A DNA stretch of 64,000 nt from the NCBI RefSeq assembly GCF_009914755.1, contig NC_060938.1, one strand, 5' to 3'. Positions 24,506-38,879 of this stretch are shown here, in pieces. Position 1 is the stretch's first letter. Every line of letters begins with the position of its first letter. Under the pieces are notes generated by a model that did no database searches, was not told the DNA's origin, and worked only from the letters and a program-made list of their open reading frames with translations. This DNA comes from the human T2T-CHM13v2.0 reference genome, Homo sapiens. Both the position numbers and the translations under genes were made by a program.

Positions 24506-25949
24506 TAGCAATAGCACTGGCACAAAAGCCTCTGTTCCAGAATTAACATACTGTTGAAAGAACCACCATTTGTTATGGTGCTCTATCAGACTTTCCTCAA
24601 GACTAGCTCAGGAATCTCTATAGTCACAGTCAATAATGAACCACAGAAAGAGGGTATAAGGGTCACATGTACACACATATACCAGAAAGCCAAATCAAGA
24701 TATGATGAGGCACAGACTTATCAAACCGAAGCGCAGAAAATTAAGCTGCATGCAGCACTACTGTAAGATCAAACAAATCCAATGTACCCCAGAGCTATTT
24801 TAGAACTATTGGAAAACACTTATCCAATTAACTTACAGCCTTCAGTGAAGTGAGAGTTTAGAAACTGGTTCACTTATTTACCATAATGCCAGGAAAAGCA
24901 GGCAAGAAATGTACTGTGTCTGTTTTTAATTTTAAGTAAGAATCCAGGTTTCTCACTCTGTACATTACTTAGAGAAACAGGTACATAGCATGGCATATGG
25001 AGGTTTCATCCTAGATCTTGGATTATTGTCAATTGTCTCTACTATACATTGAAAGGTTGCAGCTCTTCTTTTATAAATGGAGTGCAAAAGGCTCCACAAA
25101 GGACAATAAGGTATATTAGCCAGGGTCTAGCATTCCTCATTGCACTTTTTGAGAGGAACATGCCACCTTCTCGGGCTGTGTTCTCTGCTACTGAATCCCT
25201 ATTTATCTTGAAGCCAAATCACAACTGTAACATGAGGTGGCATCATTTGCCTACACAGTTATGAGGTTGTTTTCACTGCACACAGCTTTATCCTGAAGGT
25301 CGTTTCAAATTAGTGATTCGTTTCACTTTGCTTCTATCTGGTTTTAGCACATAAGTCATGATTAACAGGGAAATATCCTGCTAGTGAAAGGTAAAATTGC
25401 ATGTTTATAAGAGCCAAACCTAATACATTGGCTACTAGCTCAAGTTATTAGCCTAGAGTTTTTCAAGGTATTGACATTAACAAATTGGTATCTCACACGT
25501 AATATTTTCTATGTGAAGTCTCATTACCAGGTTTGTTTCAATGTAGCTGTTTTCTTCACTCCTTCTAACCCTGGGGGGAATTTATACCCCATAGTTAATT
25601 ACCTTCTTCATTTACTTTTATTTCAGAACTGCTTAACAAATAGATTTTTAAAAGTAGAAAAGGAGTATTTTTGAATTTACATAACATTTGTTAGTTTCTC
25701 TCAAGAAAATAATGCATATTTATATTCCATAATTTTAAAAGAGCTTTTAAATGTCTGCCAAAAGTAAAAGAAGTTATTTATAATCCACTTAATGGGTGAT
25801 GTAAACAATTTTAAAGATGTATCTGAGACTAGTTGGTCACAGTGAGTTAGAGCAGTAATTCCCCACCTTTGAGGAGTTTCAGTACCCGATTGTTCTTGGT
25901 TTGGTTTTATATTTTCTGCCACCTCCACGCTCTCAGAAATGGCATTTGC

Positions 25950-26712
25950 ACATATTCATTTTATAAGTCATCTAAGTCAGAAACTTAAAAAAAATCCCGA
26001 ATTTCTTTTCCATTATCCAACCCTCTTTCCAGATTAAATCAAGTCACCAAATTCTGCTCATTCTCCCAATTAAATGTTTCTAATCTCTCCACATTGCTCC
26101 ATCCTCACAGCTACTACCTTGGTTTAAGTCTTATTATCTGTCACCTGAACAACTACCAGGGCTCCCCAACTCATTTCCCTGCTTTCAGTTATTTTTGCAG
26201 TTCAAGCAGTCCTACACAGTATGACAGCATGATCTTTCTAAAACACAGATCTGTTTCTTTCTTTCCCATTAAAACCCTTCATTGGCTCTCCCTTGCCCAC
26301 AGAATAAAACTCAATGCCCTTGATGTGATGTGTTAGACCCTCCATCTGGTGGTTCTTTTCCTCTTTCTCCAGTTTTATTTCCCCTCCCCTATCCCATACC
26401 CCCTAGTTTAAGTACCAGCCATGACCAAGAATACACACTATGCTAGTTCACACCTTTACACCATCAAACATTTTATTCTCTCTACAGAGAAATTTTCTCT
26501 GCCAAATTAAGTTTTTCCCCCTTCAGTGCCAGAACAAAACTGGGTAAGTACTGTGTTTCTCTGTTTGCATTTACTACACTGTACAATAATTTTGTTTCCA
26601 TAGCTGCTTTCCTTTGCAGAATACAAGAAGGGTAAGGAGGTTTTCTTATTCATTTTACCTTTGCCAGAGTCTAGCCTGGTATCTGACCTAGGCTACGTGC
26701 TCAATGAATGGA
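25950..26712 (+). mobile_element. L2 LINE 3' region
   Basis: 'aatcaagtcaccaaattctgctcattc', 'aaaacccttcattggctctccc', ending 'gtgctcaatgaatgg'. Confidence 0.7.
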
Positions 26713-27579
26713 CGGAGGGGGTGCCAAATGGAATGTGCTCAATTTTTTAAAAAATCAAATTAATGGACATGATTTTGCTGTAAGAATATTGGGAATTCCT
26801 TCAGACACATGAAGAAATCACAAAATGTTGTCCAATCTTCCATCGAACTGCTGTTGTTGTAGCCCTACCTCCCCCACCCCCCATGGGTCAGCTTCTTTCT
26901 GCTCAAAATACAGATAACCTACAATTTCTAACCACACAAATATTTCTGCAGATAATTGCTAGGCACAATGTGTTACCCAGAAAGCAAAAAATACTTAAAA
27001 TACACCTAACACAGGGACAGTAGCAGCCTCTTTATATATGACATGACATTTATTGATACAAACTTAGCATGTGAAAGGAGAAATGCCTACTCAGAATCAA
27101 AGAGTATAAGAAAATCTTTCTTTATAGCAAAACCAACTTACTTTCTAAAAATCATTATTCTTTGACCCATTCCAAAACAAAGTTTCTCCATAATTGGTTA
27201 AGTCATAGACCTGACAATAATGCATCCACTCTTTAAGCCAGAAAATAGGAGAGTTTTGCCTCAAAACATGATAAATAAAAATCCCAGGGCCTGAGCAACA
27301 TTTTATTATTCACTCTTTTGAGATGTTCTACCAGACCAGCTAAAATGTGTTTTTCCATTGAGAGTCTTAAAAACAAACTTTAAACTTAGGAATTCTGTGA
27401 ATCCAATTCCTTTACAGAGCAAAACCATTTTATTTGTTGACTTTTCCTACAAGTGAAAGCACACAGCCTCTGTTTAGTTTAATTAAACAAGGATATAAAT
27501 TGCCCTGAAGTGTTTGTTTTTCTTGCTCTTATAAATCAGACCACCAAGAAAGAATGCAAACGATATTGCCTGCCTGAGT

Positions 27580-28720
27580 GCATTCACTCATTCAGCAAAT
27601 ACCTACTGAAAGTCTTGCTAGGCCCTGAGGCTACTGAGATGAATAATTCACAGTTTTTTCCTTTAAGAGGTTTCCAGCTCAGTGGGGAATGTGACACCTA
27701 ATCAGGTAATTGTAAAACCCTGTGGGAGATTAGTGATAGAGAGATGCACTGGGTTTGGTATAAGCCCAGAAGAGGACGATCTACACCACAGGTGGCTGAG
27801 CAGAAGGACAGACACTTATTTTGGACTTAACGGACCAAGAATAGCCTTGTTGGAAGTAAATTTGTAGTGAAATGCAAAGAGTGGGAAGATGAGGGAGTTT
27901 GCAGCTACAAATCTCAGTTCGTTCAACGGAGGAGGATTCTTGCTCATTTGCTGGGAGAGGAGTCAAAGACTGAGTAGAAGGAGCTCTTCTAAAAGTAGTA
28001 AAAGTGTGGAATTATTTTTGAGAGGAATAGGAAAGAGAGGCGAGTAAAGATGGAAATGATTGAAGGGTGATTCTGAGGGCTCAGTTAGGGAACTGAATGT
28101 CTAGATAACCCAGTCTGCAGGGTTATAGGGGGAAAAAAAAGGCAAATGGCAGCGCAGTTCCAGGTTGGCAATTTATAGACAATAATGCAGAAGAATGCAA
28201 GAGGAAGAAAGAGGGCCAGCAAGAAATCAGTTCAGATGGCTAACCACAAGTTGAATAGGAAAGGAAAATTACCCAGAAGTGATGATAGCTAACGTGATCA
28301 TACATCCCTGTTTGCTCAGTATCATCTTGGCATAATTATTACAGCATCCGCTTTCACTTGCAAAATATTATCTTTTGGACAATAAATTATATGGTCCTCC
28401 TAATGGTGGCCTGAGAAAAGTAATACAGGAGTGAATCTCTATGAGATCAAAGGGCTAGGGTGTTGTAACCAGAGTTGAATGAAGAAATTACAATTTAAGA
28501 AGGGAGGGGTCCTTGACAATGACAAGACAAAGGGTATGGTCCTGGGAGTGAGTGACTAAAATGGCATGGAGATGACAGTTTTTGAAGTTAAGGTAGCCCA
28601 GGAACTATGGAGCTAACTGGTTGGATGAGTCATTTTCATGGCCATTGAAATGAGCATCTGGCACTTAGTAGATGTTCAGTAAATGTTGGATGATATTGCA
28701 GAGATGGACTGGGAAGGGAG
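27580..28720 (-). mobile_element. Degraded L2 fragments (antisense)
   Basis: 'cattcactcattcagcaaatacctactgaaag' followed by purine-rich L2-like text; boundaries approximate. Confidence 0.5.
28289..28402. mobile_element. MER94-like hAT-Blackjack MITE
   Basis: 'gtgatcatacatccctgtttgc...ggacaataaattatatggtcctccta'. Confidence 0.55.
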
Positions 28721-28769
28721 GATATGAATCAGTTCCCAGTATTTCAGACAATAGGAGAGTTAAACTAGA

Positions 28770-28997
28770 AGAGGAGAGACAAAAGTGAAAAGGGTTCAAG
28801 ATGGCATAGGTATATGCCAAGATGTAATATAAAAATGTACTTTTAAAAGAGGAAGAGTGGTGATCAGACAGCAGTCAGAAGTAGAGGAGAGACAAAAGTG
28901 AAAAGGGTTCAAGATGGCATAGGTATATGCCAAGACGTAATATAAAAATGTACTTTTAAAAGAGGAAGAGTGGTGATCAGACAGCAGTCAGAAGTAG
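28770..28997. repeat. Tandem duplication, 113-bp unit x2
   Basis: 28770-28884 matches 28883-28997 with one mismatch (gatgta/gacgta). Confidence 0.97.
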
Positions 28998-29302
28998 TTT
29001 ATTGGATGTGGGAAAATAAGAACCTACAGTGAGAGCTGCAGAAAGTGATGTCTTCAGGAGAGAGGAATGGTGAACACCACTGTGTGCGTGCGGGTTTTCA
29101 TGCCATTCATCCACTGAAGGCAGCAAAGGTGCCATTAGGGGAGGGGGCATGGACTCTGTCTCAACTTAAGTAAACCCTTCTGAAGTCAAAAAAGGTCCAG
29201 AAACCAAATTCCTATCTTAACAAGTAGTTTGAGGGTACCAGGTAATTTCTCATTTTCACTTTTTTTTTTTTCTGTCTTTTGTAATACTAACCTATACCTT
29301 AA

Positions 29303-29441
29303 CCATTTATGCCGGATGTTGCAATTTTTTGAATTGCAGACACATGTGAAAAATCAGACCTTGGCGATGACCTTGAGCAGTAGAATATAAATAACTCCCA
29401 CATGCTTAGCGTTCCAATAATAGAACACTAGGCATAAATGG
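29303..29441 (-). mobile_element. MER85 piggyBac MITE (PGBD3-related)
   Basis: TTAA then TIR ccatttatgcc ... ggcataaatgg; about 140 bp; internal 'gaccttggcgatgaccttgagcagtag' and palindrome gttccaataatagaac. Confidence 0.88.
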
Positions 29442-29564
29442 ATAGAGATGGTATAATAAAGATGATTCACTGTTTTAATTTTTCTGGTCTAAACTGTTCA
29501 TTATGTTACTTTATGCTATTAACAATTACTCAAAAATCCACTTCCCATATATATCTTTTCTAAA

Positions 29565-30650
<1,086 letters not shown>

Positions 30651-33556
30651 TAATTTTAAAAAACTTTAATTTCTTTTACTTTTAATTTTTGTGGGTACAT
30701 AGTAGGTGTATATATATTTATGGAGTACACGAGATATTTTGCTACAGGCATGCAATGTGTAATAATCATAACATGGAAAATTGGGTATCCATCCCCTCAA
30801 GCATTTATCCTTTGTTACAAACAATCCAATTATACTGTTTTGGTTATTTTAAAATGTACAATTAAATTGTTATTGACTATAGTCCTGCTGTTGTGCTATC
30901 AAATACTATTGATAGCACTCTTATTCACTCTTGTAACTACTTTTTTGTAGCCATTAACCATCCTCCCCTTCCCCTAACACCAACTCCCAACTACTCTTCC
31001 CAGCCTCTGGTAACCACCCTTTATTCTCTATCTCCATGAATTCAATTGTTTTGATTGCTGGATTACACAAATAAGTGAGAACATGCTATGTTTGTCTTTC
31101 TGTGCCTGGCTTCCATCCATGCTGTTGCAAATGGTAGTCTCATTCTTTTTTATAGCTCAATAGTACTCTATTGTGTATAAATATCATATTTTCTTTATCC
31201 ATTCCTCTGTTGATGGACATGTAGGTTACTTCCAAATCTTGACTATTGTGAATAGTGCTGCAACAAACATGGGAGTGCAGCTGTCACTTCAATATACTGA
31301 TTTCCTTTGAGTACTTACCCAGCAGTGAGATTGCTGAATTGTATGGTAGCTCTAATTCTAGTTTTTTGAGGAACCTCCAAACTGTTCTCTGTAGTGGTTG
31401 TACCAATTTATATTCTCACCAACAGTGTATGAGGATTCTCTTTTATCCACATCCTTATTAGCATTTGTTACTGCTTGACTCTTGGATAATAGCCATTTTA
31501 ACTGGACTGAGATGATGTCTTGTACTTTTGATTTGCATTTCTCTGATGATCAATAATGTTGAGCACTTTGTCATATGCCTGTTTGCCATTTGCATGTCTT
31601 CTTTTGAGAAATATCTATTCAAATCTTTTGCCCATTTTTAAACTGGATTATTAGATTTTTTCCTATAGAGTTGTTTGAGCTCCTTATATATTCTTGTTGT
31701 TAATCCCTAGTCATGAGTCATTTGCAAATATTTTCTCCCATTTTGTGGGTTGTCTCTTCACTTTGTTGATTGTTTCCTTTGCTGTACAGAAGCTTTTTAA
31801 TGTGGTGTGATCCCATTTGTCTATTTTTGCTTTGGTTGACTGCTCTTGTGGGGTATTACTTAGGAAACTTTTGCCCAATATCTTGAAGAACTTCCCTAAA
31901 ATTTTCTTGTAGTTATTTCATAGTTTAAGGACTTAGATTTAAGTCTATAATCCATTTTGATAAGATTTTTGTATAAGGCAAGAGATAGGGGCCAAGTTTC
32001 ATTCTTCGGCATGTGGATATCTAGTTTTCTCAGCAGCATTGATTGAAAATACTGTCTTTCCCCAGTGTATGTTCTTGGCACTTTTGTCAAAAATGAGTTC
32101 ACTGTAGATGTGTGGCTCTGTTTCTGGCTTCTCTATTCTGCTTCATTGGTTTGTGTGTCTGTTTTTATGCCAGTACCATGCTGTTTTGGTTACTATATCT
32201 CTGTAGTGTAATTTGAAGTCAGGTAATGGGATTCCTCCAGTTTTGTTATCTTTGGCTATTATGGGTCCTTTGTGATTCCATATGAATTTTAGGATTGTTT
32301 TTCCATTTCTGTGAAGACTGTCCTTGGTATTTTGATAGAGATTGCATTGAATCTGTAGATTGCTTTGGGTAGTATGGACATTTTAACAATATTGATTCTT
32401 TCAATCCATGAACATGGAGTATCTCTCCATTTTTTGGTGTCCTCTTCAATTTCTTTGACCAGTGTTTTATAGTTCTCATTTTAGAGAACTTTCACTTTTT
32501 TGGTTAAGTTAATTCTTAGGTATTTAATTCTATTTGTGGCTATTTTTCCTGGGATTTTTTTTTTTCATATTGTTGACTGTTGGCATAAAGAAATGCTACT
32601 GATTTTTGTATGTTAACTTTGTATCATGCAACTTTACTGAATTTATTGATCAGTTCTAATAGTTTTTTGGTGGAATCTTTATATTTTTCCAAATATAAGA
32701 TGGTAGCATCTGCAAACAATGATAATTTGGCTCCTTTCTTTCCAATTTGGATACCCTTTATTTTTTTCTCTTGTCTAATTGCCCTAGCTAGGACTTCCAA
32801 TACTATGTTGAATAACAGTGGTGACAGTAGGCATCCTTGTGCTCCAGATCTAAGAGGAAAGGCTTTCAGTTTTTCCACATTCAGTACAATAATAGCTGTG
32901 AGCCTGTCATATATGGTTTTTATTATGTTGTGGTACGTTCCTTCTATACCCAGTTTTTTGAGGGTTTTTATTATGAAGATATGTTAAACTTTTTCAAATG
33001 CTTTATCAGCAACAGTTGAAATGATCATATGGTTTTTATCCTTCATTCTGTTGATATGATGTATCACATTGTTTGAGTTGCATATCAAATCAATGATATG
33101 CAAATATCATTGAACCTTCCTTGCATCCCTGGGATAAATCCCACTTGATCATGATGAATAATTTTTATAATGTATTGTTGAATTTGGTTTGCTAGTTTTT
33201 TTCTGATAATTTTTGCATCACTATTCATAATATAGGTTGGCCTGCAGTTTTCTTTTTTTAACGTGCCTTTGTCTGATTTTGTTTTCAGGGTACTACTGGC
33301 CTCATAGAGTGAGTTTGGAGTATTCCTTCCTCCTCTATTTTTCAGAACTGTTTGAGTAGGATTAATATTAGTTCTTTCTTAAACAATTGTTAGAATTCAG
33401 CAGTGGAGCCATTGGGTTCCAGGCTTTTCTTTACTGGGAGATGTTTTATTATGGCATTGATCTCATTACTTGTTATTGGTATAAGGTTCTGGATTTCTTC
33501 CTGGGTCAATCTTGGTAGGTTGTATGTATCTAGGAATTTGTCCATTTCTTCTAGAC

Positions 33557-33935
33557 TGTGATGGCTAATACTGAGTGTCAGCTTGATTGGATTGAAGGAG
33601 GCAAAGTATTGATCTTGGGTGTGTCTGTGAGAGTGTTGCCAAAGGAGATGAGCATTTGAGTCAGTAGGCTGGGAAAGACAGACCCATTGTTAATCTGGAT
33701 GGGTACCATCTAATCAGCCGCCAGCATGGCTAGAATATAAAGCAGGGAGAAAAATGTGAAAAGACTAGACTAGTCTAGCCTCCCAGGCTACATCTTTCTC
33801 TCATGCTGGATGCTTCCTGTCCTCAAACATTGGACTTCAAGTTCTTCAGTTTTGGGATTTGGACTGGCTCTTCTTTCTCCTCAACTTGTAGACAGCCTAT
33901 TGTGTGACCGTGTGATTGTGTGAGTTAATAAACTC

Positions 33936-33977
<42 letters not shown>

Positions 33978-34049
33978 TTAATAAACTCCTCATATATATA
34001 TATATATCTCCTATTAGTTCTGACCATCTAGAGAACCATGAGTAATACA
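33557..34049 (+). mobile_element. HERV-L 5' LTR (MLT2A1-type)
   Basis: 'tgtgatggctaatactgagtgtcagcttgattggattgaagg...taataca'; TATAAA near 33737; internal (TA)n. Confidence 0.9.
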
Positions 34050-34182
34050 GATTTTGGTACCAGGAGTGGCTCCAGAGGAACAGAATATTAAGGATGGAGT
34101 TCTTTCACTGGTTTTGGGGTTTTTGGCATTGCTTGCTTAATATGATTAGAACCAAAAGTGCTAAGGTCTCTCCTTTAATAGT

Positions 34183-35861
34183 ATGGAGAACACTGATACT
34201 GCTTGGCATGAACTGTTTAGAGAGTTATGCAAAATAAATGCATTTGACACTCCTGATTTATCGCTCATGAGAGGCAAGGAATTTAGTGACTCTGTACATA
34301 ATACCTTTGACCATATGTGGAGAAGCAAGGAACATAATGAAGTTGGTTGTTTGCTCCTAAGTTCAGTGGACAAAGTGATGGAAGAAAATGATGAACTCAG
34401 GGATTTTAACTCCCATCTTCAGAAACAGATACTGACCCTCAAATCTGCTAATATCACCTTGAGTGAGAGTCTTATCTCCTGTAGAGAAAGAGCTGAAATT
34501 GTGGAAAAACACACACAAGCTCTTATCATGTGAGTGGCAAACCTGCCATGAAAAGTGCATGCACAGCATCACAAGGTGTCTACTGTTAAAGTGAAGAAAA
34601 TTGGAAAAGAATGGATGAAAAGACTGGAAAAGAATGGGACTCTGCAACTTGGAATGGGGACATGTGGGAGGACCCTGATGAAGTGGGGGACACTGAGTTT
34701 ATAAACTCTGATGAACCTTTTTTGCCAGAAGAAACAGCTTCCCCATCCCCAGTAGTGGCAACATTGCCTCCCCAACCCATGCTGCCATCAGCCTTTCCAC
34801 CTTTATCTGAGGAGATAAACCCTGTGTCTCCTGAGGCAACAGTGATGGCCCCCCCTGAGGCAGTTGCCAGGCAAGATAATGTTGATTCTCATTATCTTGC
34901 CTGTGATGGCCACCCCCAACACTCCTGTTTTCTTCCAGATCTATAACTAAAGTCCTTGTGGGCCTCCAGAGGTGAGGTTGAGAGTGTGACCCATGAGGAG
35001 GTACACTACACTCAAAAAGAACTGCTTGAGTTTTCTAATTTATATATGCAGCAATCTGGAGAGCAGGGATGGGAATGGATATTAAGGGTGTGGAATAATG
35101 GTGGAAGGAACACAGAGTTGGATCAGGCCAAATTTATTGATTTGGTCCCATTAAGTAGGGACTCTGCATTTAATGTTGCAGCTCAGGGAGTTAGAAAAAG
35201 CTTCTAATCATTTATTTGGTTAGCTGAAATATGGATTAAGAGATGGCCCACTGTGAGTGAGCTGGAAATGACTTATTTCCCTTGGTTTAATGTACAGGAA
35301 AAGGATCAAAAGGCTTAGGGAGATTAGAATGGTGGAGTGGATTAGTCACTTTAGACCTACTCATCCCAGCTGGGAGGGTCCAGAAGATACACCCTTGACC
35401 AATGCCTTGCAAAATAGATTTGTGAGGCAGTACCTGCATCTTTGAAGAGCCCTGTAATTGCTCTTCTCTGTATGTTAGATCCAACAGTGGGAGCTGCAGT
35501 CACTCAACTACAAAATTTAACTGCAATGGGAGTAATTGGATCCCATGGTGCCAGGGGCCAAGTAGTGGCACTCAACCGTCAAAGGCAAGGTAGGCATAGC
35601 TATCATAATGGACAGCAGAGGCAAAGCGGCAATCAGAATAGTCTGACTTCTGTAGAGCTCTGGCATTGGCTAATTAATCACGGTGTTCCTAGAAGTGAAA
35701 ATGATAGGAAGCCTACTGCATTCCTCCTTAATTTATATAAGCAGAAAACTTCTAGGTTGAATGGACAAAAGACAAATTTGAATTATACAAACAGAGAATC
35801 ATGGACCCTCAATCAATTTCCAGACTTGAGCCGGTTTACAGACTCAGAACACCTTGAATGA
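34183..35861 (+). pseudogene. gag: HERV-L gag remnant (several stops and frameshifts)
   Basis: Fragments WHELFRELCKINAFD, WNGDMWEDPD, QGWEWILRVWNNGG, LWHWLINHGVP in different frames. Confidence 0.85.
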
Positions 35862-35996
35862 AGGGGAAGGCTGGGTTCCCTTGAGGAAGGACCCCACTAT
35901 ACTTCTGACAATTTATACTGTTCATCTTTCTCCTGTCCTTTCCCAAGGAGACCTCCAACCTTTTACCAGGGTAACTGTGCACTGGGGAAAAGGGAA

Positions 35997-38830
35997 ATGC
36001 AGATATTTGGGGGACTACTGGACACTGGCTCTGAGCTGACATTGATTCCAGGGGACCCAAAACATCATTGTGGTCCTCCAGTTAAAGTAGGGGCTTATGG
36101 AGGTCAGGTAATTAATGGAGTTTTAGCTCAGGTCCAAATTACAGTGGGTCCCCAGACTCATCCTGTGGTTATTTCCCCAGTGCCAGAATGCATAATTGGC
36201 ATAGACATACTTAGCAGCTGGCAGAACCCCCACATTGGCTCCCTGACTGGTATTATGGTGGGAAAGGCCAAATGGAAACAATTAGAGCTGCCTCTACCTA
36301 GAAAAATAGTAAATCAAAAACCATATTGTATCCCTGGAGGGACTGTGGAGATTAGTGCCACCATCAAGGACTTGAAAGATGCAGGGGTGGTGATTTTCAC
36401 CACATCCCTGTTCAACTCTCCCATTTGGCCTGTGCAGAAGACAGATGGATCTTGGAGAATGACAGTGGGTTATCGTAGGCTTAACCAAGTGGTGACTCCA
36501 ATTGCAGCTGCTGTACCAGATGTGGTTTCATTGCTTGAGCAAATTAACACATCTCCTGGTACCTGGTATGCAGCCATTGACATGGCAAATGCCTTTTTCT
36601 CCATTCCTGTCCATAAGGCCCACCGGAAGTAATGTGCCTTTTGCTGGCAAGGCCAGCAATATACCTTTACTATCCTACCTCAGGGGTATATCAACTCTCC
36701 ATCTTTGTGTCATAATCTTACTCAGAGAGATCTTGATTCCTTTTTGCTTCCACAAGATATCACACTGGTCCATTACATTGATGATATTATGCTGATTGGA
36801 TCTAGTGAGCAAGAAGTAGCAAACACACTGACCTTATTGGTGAGACATTTGTGTGCCAGAGGATGGGAAATAAAACCAACTAAAATTCAGGGATCTTCTA
36901 CCTCAGTAAAATTTCTAGGGGTCAAGAGGTGTGGGGCCTGTCGAGATATTTCTTCTAAAGGATAAGTTGTTGCATTTGGCCCCTTCTACAACCAAAAAAG
37001 AGGCACAATGCTTAGTGGGCCTATTTGGATTTTGAAGGCAACACATTCCTCATCTGGGTGTGATACTCTGGCCCATTTATCAAGTGACCTGAAAGGCTGC
37101 CAGTTTTGAGTGGGGTACAGAACAGGAGAAGGCTCTGCAACAGGTCCAGGCTGCTGTCCAAGCTGCTCTGCCACTTGGGCCATTTGACCCAGCAGATCCA
37201 ATGGTGCTTGAGGTTTCAGTGGCAGATAGGGATGCTTTTTGGAGCCTTTGGCAGGCTCCCATAGGTGAATCACAGTGGAGGCCTCTAGGATTTTGGAGCA
37301 AGGCCCTGCCATCTTCTGCAGATAACTACTCTCCTTTTGAGAGACAGCTGTTGGCCTGTTACTGGGTTTTGGTGGAAACTGAACGTTTGACTATGGGTCA
37401 TTAAGTCACCATGTGAACTGAACTGCCTATCATGAACTGAGTCCTTTCTGACCCATCAAGCCATAAAGTGGGTCATGCACAGCAGCATTCCATCATCAAA
37501 TTGAAGTGGTATATATGTGATTGGGCTCAAGCAGGTCCTGAAGGCGTAAGTCAGTTACATGAGGAAGTAGTTCAAATGCCCATGGTCTCCACTCCTGCCA
37601 TCCTGCATTCTCCCCCCCAGCCTGCACCAGTGGCCTCATGGGGAGTTCCCTATGGTCAGTTGACAGAGGAAGAGAAGACTAGGGCTTGGTTCACAGATGG
37701 TTCTGCACGATATGCAGGCACCACTCGGAAGTAGACAGCTGCAGCACTACAGCCCCTTTTTAGGACATCCCTGAAGGACAGCGATGAAAGGAAATCTTCC
37801 CAGTGGGCAGAACTTTGAGCAGTGCACCTGGTTGTGCACTTTTCATGGAAGGAGAAATGGCCAGATATGTGATTATATAATAAGTCATGGGCTGTAGCCA
37901 ATGGTTTGGCTTGATGGTCAGTGACTTGGAAGAAGCATGATTGGAAAATCAATGACAAAGAAATCTGGGGAAGAGATAAGTGGATGGACCTCTTTGTGGT
38001 GTGGTAAAAAAACTGTGAGGATACTTGGATCCCAAGTGAGTGCTCACCAATGGGTGACCCCAGCAGAGGAGGATTTTAATAATCAAGTGGAAAGCATGAC
38101 CATTCTGTGGACACCTGTCAGCCTCTTTACCCAGCCACCCCTCATCACCCAATGGGCCCATGAACAAAGTGGCCATGGTGGCAGGGATGAAGGTTGCACA
38201 TGGGCTCAGCAACATGGACTTCCACTCACCAAGGCTGACCTGGCTATGGTCACTGCTGAGTGCCCAATTTGCCAGCAGTAGAGACCAACACTGAGCCCTC
38301 GATATGGCACCATTCCTCGGGGTGATCAGACAGCTACCTCGTGGCAGGTTGATTATACTGGACATCTTCCAACATGGAAAGGGTAGAGGTTTGTCCTCAA
38401 TGGAATAAACACTTACTCCAGATACGGGTTTGCCTATCCTGCATGCAATGCTTCTGCCAAGACTACCATCCATAGACTCATGGAATGCCTTATCCGCCAT
38501 TATGGTATTCCACACAGCATTGTTTCTGCCCAGGCACTCACTTTACAGCAAAAGAAGTGTGGCAGTCAGCTCATCCTCATGGAACTCACTGGTCTTATCA
38601 TGTTGCCCATCATCCTGAAGCAGCTGGATTAATAGAACAGTGGAATGATCTTTTGAAGTCACACTAACAATGCCAACTAGGTGACAATACTTTGCAGGGC
38701 TGGGGCAAAGTTCTCCAGAAGGCCATGTATACTCTGAATCAGCGTCCAATATATGGTACTGTTTCTGTCATAGCCAGGATTCATAGGTTCAGGAATCAAG
38801 GGGTGGAAGTGCAAGTGGCATGACTCACCA
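35997..38830 (+). pseudogene. pol: HERV-L pro-pol remnant (protease, RT, RNase H, integrase)
   Basis: LLDTGS; [19 protein letters not shown]; [12 protein letters not shown]; YIDD at 36774-36785; WFTDGS; H-x4-H...CPIC zinc finger; many stops. Confidence 0.92.
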
Positions 38831-38879
38831 TCACCTCTAGTGATTCACTAGCAAAATTTTTGCTTCCTGTTTTCACAAC

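Noticed and set aside
37949-38515. 188-aa minus-strand ORF
   Set aside because: Antisense to HERV-L integrase with no recognisable domain; a shadow ORF.
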